This document shows positions 36,422-43,502 of a DNA stretch of 43,502 nt, one piece after another (position 1 is the first letter of the stretch; the number at the start of each line of letters is the position of its first letter). The notes under the pieces are model-generated. The model saw only the letters and a program-made list of their open reading frames with translations. It ran no database searches and had not been told where the DNA came from. Location: assembly GCA_947591115.1 (NCBI GenBank), contig CANQCX010000001.1:1-43502 (forward strand), written 5' to 3'. A program made the position numbers and the translations under genes. This stretch comes from an uncultured Lachnospiraceae bacterium (GTDB taxonomy: Bacteria > Bacillota > Clostridia > Lachnospirales > Lachnospiraceae).

Positions 36422-37903
36422 ATGAAGATCAAGACCAAACTGATAGTATCCTTCTGCATTATCATATTTGTGCCGCTGCTTTTGGCGGCGGCGGCGATCT
36501 GGGGATTTTCCAGCATCCAGATTAAAGAGATCGAGCAAAACTATGGGCTCCACGATCTGGATGTGTTTCATCTTACCAACACCGTACAGCTTTTAAACCG
36601 CTATACGGTGCAGGATTTTGACGGTTTGCAAAAGACCGCGAGGGAAGATCCGTCCGCCTTTTTCGAGCAGGAATATCTGGACAGCGTCAATCAGACGCTG
36701 GAGGGAAAATTTTCTTATCTGGTTGTGCGTCAGGGAACGCGGATCTGTTATAATGGAGGAAGCGAGAATGCGGGAGTGCTTGCGGCTTTGCCGGATTACG
36801 GCGCGACGGATCCGGTTTCCAGCATCGGCATTTATCTTGACAGCAGCGAGGAGGTTTTGATCAAGCAGTTAGATGTCTCGTCTGACAGCGGCGCCAGCGA
36901 AAGTATTTTTATCGTAACCTCCACGAAGGGACTGGTTCCCGAGGTGCGCAAGCTGTTTTGGGACGGAATCATATCGATCGTCCTGATTCTGATGCTGACG
37001 GCGGTCATGCTGATCGTCTGGGTTTACCGGAGTATGATTACGCCGATCCGCCAGCTGCAGACGGCGGCGGAGAATATTCAGGAGGGAAATCTGGACTTTA
37101 TCGTAGACGTAAAGGGCGACGACGAGATCGGGGAGCTTGGACATGCGTTTGAACGGATGCGCCAGCATTTGAAGGATAACGCAGAAGAAAAGCTTTATAA
37201 CGAAACGGAAAACCGCAATCTGATCAGCAATATCGCGCATGATCTAAAGACGCCGATCACTGCGGTCAAAGGATATGCGGAGGGCATTTTAGACGGCGTA
37301 GCCAATACTCCGGAAAAGATGGATAAATATATCCGGACGATTTATAATAAAGCAAATGAAATGGACACCCTGATCAACGAGCTGACGCTGTATTCGAAGA
37401 TCGGAACCAACCGGATTCCCTACAATTTTGCCAAGATCCATGTGGCGGAGTATTTTCAGGACTGCATCGAAGAAATCGGACTGGATCTGGAGGCGAAGGG
37501 GATCGCCCTGTCGTATTATAATGATGTAACGGAGGACGTGGTCATTATTGCGGATCCGGAGCAGCTTAGGCGGGTAATCAACAACATCATCGGAAATTCC
37601 GTAAAATATATGGATAAGCAGAAGCGGTTTATCCAGATACGGCTCAAAGATGTCGGGGATTTCATTCAGGTTGAGATCGAAGATAACGGACGCGGGATCG
37701 CGCAGCGGGATCTGCCGTATATTTTCGACCGTTTTTACCGGACGGATGAATCCCGTAATTCCGCTACCGGAGGAAGCGGGATCGGACTTTCCATTGCAAA
37801 GAAGATCATGGAGGATCATGGCGGGAAGATCTGGGCGACCAGCAAAGAGGATAACGGAACGACGGTGTATTTTGTAATCCGGAAGTATGAGGAGGTGTAT
37901 TGA
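36422..37903 (+). CDS. HAMP-domain sensor histidine kinase
   Basis: Two TM segments, HAMP, H-box AHDLKTP, N-box, DNGRGI, GSGIGL. Confidence 0.95.
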   Translation: MKIKTKLIVSFCIIIFVPLLLAAAAIWGFSSIQIKEIEQNYGLHDLDVFHLTNTVQLLNRYTVQDFDGLQKTAREDPSAFFEQEYLDSVNQTLEGKFSYLVVRQGTRICYNGGSENAGVLAALPDYGATDPVSSIGIYLDSSEEVLIKQLDVSSDSGASESIFIVTSTKGLVPEVRKLFWDGIISIVLILMLTAVMLIVWVYRSMITPIRQLQTAAENIQEGNLDFIVDVKGDDEIGELGHAFERMRQHLKDNAEEKLYNETENRNLISNIAHDLKTPITAVKGYAEGILDGVANTPEKMDKYIRTIYNKANEMDTLINELTLYSKIGTNRIPYNFAKIHVAEYFQDCIEEIGLDLEAKGIALSYYNDVTEDVVIIADPEQLRRVINNIIGNSVKYMDKQKRFIQIRLKDVGDFIQVEIEDNGRGIAQRDLPYIFDRFYRTDESRNSATGGSGIGLSIAKKIMEDHGGKIWATSKEDNGTTVYFVIRKYEEVY

Positions 37904-38593
37904 TTGAGCAGGATATTGATCTTAGAAGACGAGGTGGATATCGCGAATCTCGAAAAGGACTATCTGGAATTAAGCGGCTTTGAGGTGGAAATTGAAAATG
38001 ACGGAATGGAGGGGTTGAAACGCGCGTTAAACGAAGAATTCGACCTGTTCATTCTGGATCTTATGCTTCCGGGGATTGACGGCTTTGAGATCTGTCGGGA
38101 AATACGGGAGAAAAAAAATACGCCGATTCTGATGGTTTCCGCCAAAAAGGACGACATTGACAAAATACGGGGACTGGGACTCGGAGCGGACGATTACGTA
38201 ACGAAGCCGTTTTCGCCAAGCGAGCTGGTAGCAAGAGTCAAAGCGCACCTTGCCCGTTATGAGCGTCTGATCGGAAGCAACATCGTAGAGAACGATATTG
38301 TAGAGATCCGCGGGATCCGGATCGACAAGACCGCGCGGCGCGTCTGGGTAAACGGCGAGGAAAAGCAGTTTACGACCAAGGAGTTTGACCTGCTTACGTT
38401 TCTTGCCCAGAATCCGAACCATGTTTTTTCCAAAGAGGAGCTTTTCCGCAGGATATGGGATATGGAGTCCATCGGGGATATTGCGACGGTAACGGTTCAT
38501 ATTAAGAAAATCCGCGAGAAAATTGAAATGAATACGAATAAACCGCAGTACATCGAAACCATCTGGGGCGTAGGGTACCGGTTTAAATTATAA
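37904..38593 (+). CDS. OmpR/PhoB-family response regulator
   Basis: LDLMLPGIDG, GADDYVTKPF, wHTH ending in IETIWGVGY. Confidence 0.96.
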   Translation: MSRILILEDEVDIANLEKDYLELSGFEVEIENDGMEGLKRALNEEFDLFILDLMLPGIDGFEICREIREKKNTPILMVSAKKDDIDKIRGLGLGADDYVTKPFSPSELVARVKAHLARYERLIGSNIVENDIVEIRGIRIDKTARRVWVNGEEKQFTTKEFDLLTFLAQNPNHVFSKEELFRRIWDMESIGDIATVTVHIKKIREKIEMNTNKPQYIETIWGVGYRFKL

Positions 38594-38655
38594 AATTTTC
38601 AATATGGTAAGGAGTTCCTATTGTTTTTTTCTAAAAGATAGGATATGATAAGCAT

Positions 38656-38757
38656 GTTATATGACTGACGGAACTGTGGAGTATACCACGTGGAGTATAA
38701 CTGCGAAAGATAGCCGACCGTCTGGGCTGAACGAAGTCCGGCGGTATGGCTTTTTTT
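38656..38757 (+). ncRNA. ZMP/ZTP (pfl) riboswitch with terminator
   Basis: P1 GTTATAT/GTATAAC, GACTGACGG, P2 GTGG..CCAC, 3' GCCGACCGTCTGGGC with pseudoknot GACGG/CCGTC. Followed by a hairpin and T7. Upstream of pflB. Confidence 0.88.
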
Positions 38758-38825
38758 ATACCATAGGATGCAGAAAGTCTCCGGCGGATGCGTTAAGGTT
38801 AAGCATATTTCATCAGGAGGGAAAG

Positions 38826-41054
38826 ATGAAGCAGGAATGGAGAAATTTTCAAGGCGGAGCATGGGAAACAGAGATCAATGTTCGGGATTTTATCCAGAAA
38901 AATTATCATCCGTACGATGGCGATGATGCTTTTTTGGAGGGACCGACCAGCGATACGACCGATCTATGGGAAGAGGTATTAAGGCTGTCAAAAGCAGAGC
39001 GGGAAGCCGGAGGGGTACTGGATATGGACACAAAGATCATTTCCACCATTACCTCTCATGGACCGGCGTATCTGGATAAGGAAAAGGAAAAAATCGTTGG
39101 CTTCCAGACGGATAAACCGTTCAAACGCGCGCTGCAGCCGTACGGCGGGATCCGTATGGCGGTCAAGGCATGTGAGGACAACGGCTATCAGGTGGATCCG
39201 GAGGTGGTGGAATATTTTACCACGCACCGCAAGACGCACAACGCCGGCGTATTTGACGCATATACGCCGGAGATGCGCGCATGCAGAAGCTCGCATATCA
39301 TTACCGGTCTGCCGGATGCGTACGGCAGGGGAAGGATTATCGGAGATTACCGCCGGCCTGCCCTGTATGGCGTAGATCGTCTGATCGAGGATAAAAAAGA
39401 ACAACTGAATACCACCCGTACCATCATGTATTCGGACGTCATCCGCGAAAGGGAGGAGCTTTCCGAGCAGATACGCGCGTTGGAAATGCTAAAGAAACTG
39501 GCGGAGATCTACGGCTGCGACATCAGCCGACCGGCGTCCAATGTAAAAGAGGCGGTGCAGGCGGTTTATTTTTCCTATCTGGCAGCCGTAAAGGAGCAGA
39601 ACGGCGCGGCAATGAGTCTGGGGCGCACGTCCACGTTTTTGGATATTTATGCGGAACGGGATCTGGAAGAAGGAACGTTTACGGAAAAAGAGATTCAGGA
39701 AATCGTCGATCAGTTTGTCATGAAGCTGCGCCTGATCAAATTCGCAAGAACGCCGGAGTACAACAGCATTTTTGCCGGCGATCCGACATGGGTAACGGAA
39801 TCCATCGCCGGAATGGGCGTAGACGGACGCCATATGGTCACGAAAATGTCCTACCGCTACCTGAATACGTTAAATAATATCGGAGCCGCGCCGGAACCGA
39901 ACATGACCATTCTCTGGTCGGTGCGTCTGCCGGAAAATTTCAAGCGGTTTTGCGCAAAAACCTCCATGCAGCATTCGGCGATCCAGTATGAAAACGACGA
40001 TATTATGCGCGTGGTGCATGGCGACGATTACGGAATCGCGTGCTGCGTTTCTTCGATGCGTATCGGAAAAGAAATGCAGTTTTTCGGTGCGCGGGCGAAT
40101 CTGGCGAAATGCCTTTTGTATGCGATCAACGGCGGCGTGGATGAAATGACGGGCAAACAGGTAGGACCGAAGTACCGTCCGATTACTTCCGAATATCTCG
40201 ATTATGAGGAAGTATGGAGTGCGTATCGGGATATGATGAAGTGGCTGGCCGGCGTTTATGTCAACGCGCTCAACATCATCCACTATATGCATGACAAATA
40301 CTGCTATGAAAAATTGGAGATGGCGCTTCACGATAAAAAGGTACGCCGCTGGTTTGCGACCGGAATCGCCGGATTTTCCGTAGTGGCGGATTCGCTGTCC
40401 GCGATCAAATACGCCAAAGTAAAGCCGATCCGAAATGAAAACGGCGTCGCCGTTGATTTTGAGATCGAAGGGGATTTCCCGAAATACGGCAACGACGACG
40501 ATCGGGTAGACGAAATCGCCAAAGAGGTGCTTCATACCTTTATCGGCTTTATCAAAGGAAACCACACGTATCGGGGAGGCGTCCCGACCACTTCGATCTT
40601 GACGATTACCTCGAACGTATCGTACGGCAAAAATACGGGTGCGACGCCGGACGGACGGAAAAAAGGCGTTGCATTTGCGCCGGGCGCAAATCCGATGCAT
40701 GGAAGGGACAAAAACGGAGCAGTCGCGTCGCTTGCGACGGTTGCAAAGCTGCCGTTTATGGATTCGCAGGACGGAATCTCCAATACCTTTACCATTGTGC
40801 CGGACGCGCTGGGAAAGACCGAGGAAGACGGACAGAAAAATCTGGTGGCAATGCTGGACGGTTATGTAAAAAAGGGCGGACATCATCTGAATGTCAATGT
40901 CTTAAAGAAAGACACGCTTCTGGACGCGCAGAAACATCCGGAGCAGTATCCGCAGCTTACCATCCGCGTGTCAGGCTATGCGGTCAACTTTATAAAATTA
41001 ACGAAAGAGCAGCAGGATGAAGTGATCGCGCGTACGTTCCATGAGCGTATGTAG
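38826..41054 (+). CDS. pflB: Pyruvate formate-lyase (formate C-acetyltransferase)
   Basis: AGGAGG RBS and ATG at 38826. IACCVS active site and TIRVSGYAV glycyl-radical motif. Confidence 0.97.
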   Translation: MKQEWRNFQGGAWETEINVRDFIQKNYHPYDGDDAFLEGPTSDTTDLWEEVLRLSKAEREAGGVLDMDTKIISTITSHGPAYLDKEKEKIVGFQTDKPFKRALQPYGGIRMAVKACEDNGYQVDPEVVEYFTTHRKTHNAGVFDAYTPEMRACRSSHIITGLPDAYGRGRIIGDYRRPALYGVDRLIEDKKEQLNTTRTIMYSDVIREREELSEQIRALEMLKKLAEIYGCDISRPASNVKEAVQAVYFSYLAAVKEQNGAAMSLGRTSTFLDIYAERDLEEGTFTEKEIQEIVDQFVMKLRLIKFARTPEYNSIFAGDPTWVTESIAGMGVDGRHMVTKMSYRYLNTLNNIGAAPEPNMTILWSVRLPENFKRFCAKTSMQHSAIQYENDDIMRVVHGDDYGIACCVSSMRIGKEMQFFGARANLAKCLLYAINGGVDEMTGKQVGPKYRPITSEYLDYEEVWSAYRDMMKWLAGVYVNALNIIHYMHDKYCYEKLEMALHDKKVRRWFATGIAGFSVVADSLSAIKYAKVKPIRNENGVAVDFEIEGDFPKYGNDDDRVDEIAKEVLHTFIGFIKGNHTYRGGVPTTSILTITSNVSYGKNTGATPDGRKKGVAFAPGANPMHGRDKNGAVASLATVAKLPFMDSQDGISNTFTIVPDALGKTEEDGQKNLVAMLDGYVKKGGHHLNVNVLKKDTLLDAQKHPEQYPQLTIRVSGYAVNFIKLTKEQQDEVIARTFHERM

Positions 41055-41126
41055 CGAAACAGTTTTTCTGGAATAGGTTGAATTTCTCCTATTTATCGCA
41101 TATAATAAGTACGGAGGTGTACGCCA

Positions 41127-41369
41127 ATGACAATTAACACGAACACACTGGTTTCCATTACAGAAGCCAATCAAAACTTTTCCAGAGTTGCCCGACTTGT
41201 GGACGAGAACGGCGCCGCCGTTATTCTGAAAAACAATGTGCCGCGCTATCTTGTCATAGAATTTGGTCAGGCAGAATCCGAGCAGCTTGCTGCTGACGAG
41301 GATGTCATGATAATTTCCAAGCGTCTGATCGAAAAAAACAGAGAAGCTTATGAGGTACTTGCTAAATGA
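41127..41369 (+). CDS. phd: Phd/YefM antitoxin
   Basis: VSITEANQNFSRVARLV..G..VILKNN.P motif. Overlaps the doc start (ATGA). Own promoter TTGAAT(41078)-17 bp-TATAAT. Confidence 0.88.
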   Translation: MTINTNTLVSITEANQNFSRVARLVDENGAAVILKNNVPRYLVIEFGQAESEQLAADEDVMIISKRLIEKNREAYEVLAK

Positions 41370-41743
41370 AGCGGCTGACGAAAGCGCAGATTCTTTTTCT
41401 CCATAGCGCTTTGAGACGGGAAACGGGCGGAGCCGATGGACTGCGTGATGAAGGCCTTTTGGAATCTGCCTTAGAAGCACCGTTTCAAAGTTTCGGAGAG
41501 ATAGACGCCTATCCTTCCATTCAGCAAAAAGCTGCGCGGTTGGGGTTCGGCTTAATTCGCAATCACGCATTTGTTGACGGCAATAAACGAATCGGTGCGC
41601 ACGCGATGCTTGTGTTTCTGTCACTCAACGGGATCGAGCTGACCTATACGCAGTCAGAACTTTCCGATCTGATTCTCGCTGTTGCCGCCGGAACAAGATC
41701 CTTTGACGATATGGTAAAATGGATCATTGAACATCAAAAATGA
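41366..41743 (+). CDS. doc: Death-on-curing (Doc) toxin
   Basis: GLRDEGLLESAL and Doc motif NHAFVDGNKR. Confidence 0.92.
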   Translation: MKRLTKAQILFLHSALRRETGGADGLRDEGLLESALEAPFQSFGEIDAYPSIQQKAARLGFGLIRNHAFVDGNKRIGAHAMLVFLSLNGIELTYTQSELSDLILAVAAGTRSFDDMVKWIIEHQK

Positions 41744-41781
41744 AAAATAGCACAGTCTAAGCAAGGGACTGTGCTGTTTTC
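41743..41781. terminator. Terminator after doc
   Basis: AAAATAGCACAGTC-loop-GACTGTGCTGTTTT. Confidence 0.7.
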
Positions 41782-41850
41782 ATATTGTCTGCTGGGATGC
41801 GGCAAGACAAATAAAACAGAGGGTAAATAATAAAAAGGTTTAGTAAAAAA

Positions 41851-42582
41851 ATGGGAAAAATTCACTCTATTGAAACATTTGGAACAGTGGACGGACCGGG
41901 CGTCCGTTTTGTCGTTTTCTTTCAGGGATGCCCGATGCGCTGCCAGTATTGCCATAATCCCGATACATGGGATTTGGCGGACGGACAGGATATGACGGCG
42001 GATGAAATTCTGGATAAAATGGAACGCAATCTGGTATTTTACGAAAGCGGAGGCATTACGGCGACCGGAGGGGAACCGATGCTGCAGCTTGATTTTTTAA
42101 CGGAGCTTTTTTCAAAAGCGAAGGCGAAAGGAATCCACACCTGCCTCGATACATCCGGCATCCTGTTTCCGGACGAACAAAATAAGGACGCGCTTGCCAA
42201 AATCGAGCGGCTGCTTTGGCAGACGGATCTGGTGCTGCTGGACATCAAGCACATTGATGAGGAAGAATGCAAAAAACTGACCGGTCATTCCAACCGGCCG
42301 GCGCTTCAATTTGCGCGTTATCTGGAACGGATGCACAAGCCGGTCTGGATTCGTCATGTAGTTGTTCCGGGGATTACCCTGAAGGAAAAACCGCTGACGG
42401 AGCTTGGGCGTTTTCTGCGCACGCTCTCCAATATGGAAAAGCTGGAAGTGCTGCCGTATCATTCGCTCGGAAAAGTCAAATATGAGAATCTGGGAATGGA
42501 GTATGCGCTAAAAGACACGCCGCAGGCGACAAAAGAAGAAGCGGCTCAGGCGGAGCGCATGATTCGGGCGGCAATGGAGTGA
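41851..42582 (+). CDS. pflA: Pyruvate formate-lyase activating enzyme (radical SAM)
   Basis: FGTVDGPG, GCPMRCQYCHNPD, GGEP, LPYH. Confidence 0.96.
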   Translation: MGKIHSIETFGTVDGPGVRFVVFFQGCPMRCQYCHNPDTWDLADGQDMTADEILDKMERNLVFYESGGITATGGEPMLQLDFLTELFSKAKAKGIHTCLDTSGILFPDEQNKDALAKIERLLWQTDLVLLDIKHIDEEECKKLTGHSNRPALQFARYLERMHKPVWIRHVVVPGITLKEKPLTELGRFLRTLSNMEKLEVLPYHSLGKVKYENLGMEYALKDTPQATKEEAAQAERMIRAAME

Positions 42583-42594
42583 GGAGAAAGCGAA

Positions 42595-43287
42595 ATGAAG
42601 GATGAAACGATCGAGATCATATACGAAGACGAAGCGGTCATTGTCTGCCGGAAACCGGCGGGACGGGCGACGCAGACGGCAAAGCTGGGACAGCAGGATA
42701 TGGTAACGCTTCTGAAAAATTACCGCGCAGGGAAAAAAGAAACGCCTTATATCGGCGTCGTACACAGACTTGACCAGCCGGTGGAGGGACTTATGGTATT
42801 TGCCAAAACGAAGGAAGCCGCCGCAAAGCTTTGCGCGCAGATGGCAAAGCACCGCATAGGAAAACATTATTATGCCGCTGCGTATGCGCCGGAGGGGAAA
42901 AATATACGCCTCCGGCAGCAGGGGACGCTTACGGATTATCTTTCTTTTGACGCCCAAAAGAACCGGACAAAGATTCTGCCGTTGGAGGAACGCCAAAAAG
43001 GGAAAAAAGCGGTTCTGGATTATCGAGTGCTCGAATTCCGAGAAAACCTCCTCTTTTTGGATATTACTCTCCGTACGGGCAGACATCATCAGATACGCGC
43101 CCAGCTTGCCAATCAGGGGTGCCCGATCGTCGGCGATAAAAAATACGGCTTTGGAGGAAACGGGGAGGAGACGCCCCGCCCGCTGGCGCTGTGCGCCTAC
43201 CGGCTGGAATTTGCGCATCCTGCCGACGGACGCATGATGGAGTTTTCCATTGAGCCGACGTGGAGGAAGGATTATCGTTTTTTATAA
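42595..43287 (+). CDS. RluA-family pseudouridine synthase
   Basis: KPAG, VHRLD, TGRHHQIR, PIVGD.KY. Confidence 0.93.
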   Translation: MKDETIEIIYEDEAVIVCRKPAGRATQTAKLGQQDMVTLLKNYRAGKKETPYIGVVHRLDQPVEGLMVFAKTKEAAAKLCAQMAKHRIGKHYYAAAYAPEGKNIRLRQQGTLTDYLSFDAQKNRTKILPLEERQKGKKAVLDYRVLEFRENLLFLDITLRTGRHHQIRAQLANQGCPIVGDKKYGFGGNGEETPRPLALCAYRLEFAHPADGRMMEFSIEPTWRKDYRFL

Positions 43288-43352
43288 CAGTTCAGTCACG
43301 CCTGTTGCTACTTGTCAAGGACGTATTCATTTTGACCTGTTATAATTTTTTG

Positions 43353-43490
43353 TTGAATGTATGTGGAAAGTGTGGTATTCTGTTATCAGAAAAGGAAAGC
43401 ACCCACTCCAAAGTGGATGCTCCCGGTTAAGTTAATGTCCTTACGGACACCGCCTATCCTGTGTAGCAGACAGGATAGGCATTTTTATTT
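43353..43490 (+). ncRNA. Putative small RNA (promoter to terminator, no ORF), candidate type I antitoxin
   Basis: TTGAAT(43353)-17 bp-TATTCT with extended TG. Hairpins AGCACCCAC..GTGGATGCT, TGTCC.ttac.GGACA and GCCTATCCTGT..ACAGGATAGGC, then a T tract. Confidence 0.45.
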
Positions 43491-43502
43491 TCGCTTTTTC
43501 TT

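Noticed and set aside
38661-38825. N-terminal extensions in the ORF track for PflB (also MetK from 35161 and the Schlafen protein from 5860)
   Set aside because: They overlap riboswitches, terminators or the upstream gene. Better RBS/start pairs lie at 38826, 35227 and 5932.
1-43502. GGTGA depletion explained only by avoidance of internal Shine-Dalgarno sequences
   Set aside because: TCACC is equally missing from coding strands, and GGAGG is frequent inside genes. Strand symmetry points to a DNA-level cause.

Overview
Mostly core chromosome of a flagellated anaerobic Firmicute; gene content suggests a Lachnospiraceae-like Clostridia member (inference). Housekeeping genes include leuA, glgX, hsp20, pth, mfd, a prsA-like gene, murA, metK, a two-component pair, pflB/pflA and an RluA-family gene. 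Accessory parts are (i) an AT-rich defence cassette at ~2.5-7.7 kb (small HTH, HNH endonuclease, m5C MTase, m6A MTase, Schlafen/AlbA-ATPase-HTH protein), (ii) a sensory [FeFe]-hydrogenase/MCP fusion, (iii) an IS1182-family element, (iv) a phd/doc pair between pflB and pflA, and (v) a probable type I TA locus at the right edge. Regulatory elements include a perfect CIRCE, a SAM-I riboswitch, a ZTP riboswitch and a sigma28 promoter. The strongest unexplained signal is that GGTGA/TCACC is almost absent. A manual scan found 0 GGTGA and 6 TCACC on the + strand, against about 85 expected in total at uniform base composition, and all six lie in apparently foreign segments. GGTGA is the target of HphI, whose HNH + m5C + m6A architecture the cassette matches. 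A LeuA-AraC enzyme/transcription-factor fusion is also notable. All counts are by eye and need computational confirmation.
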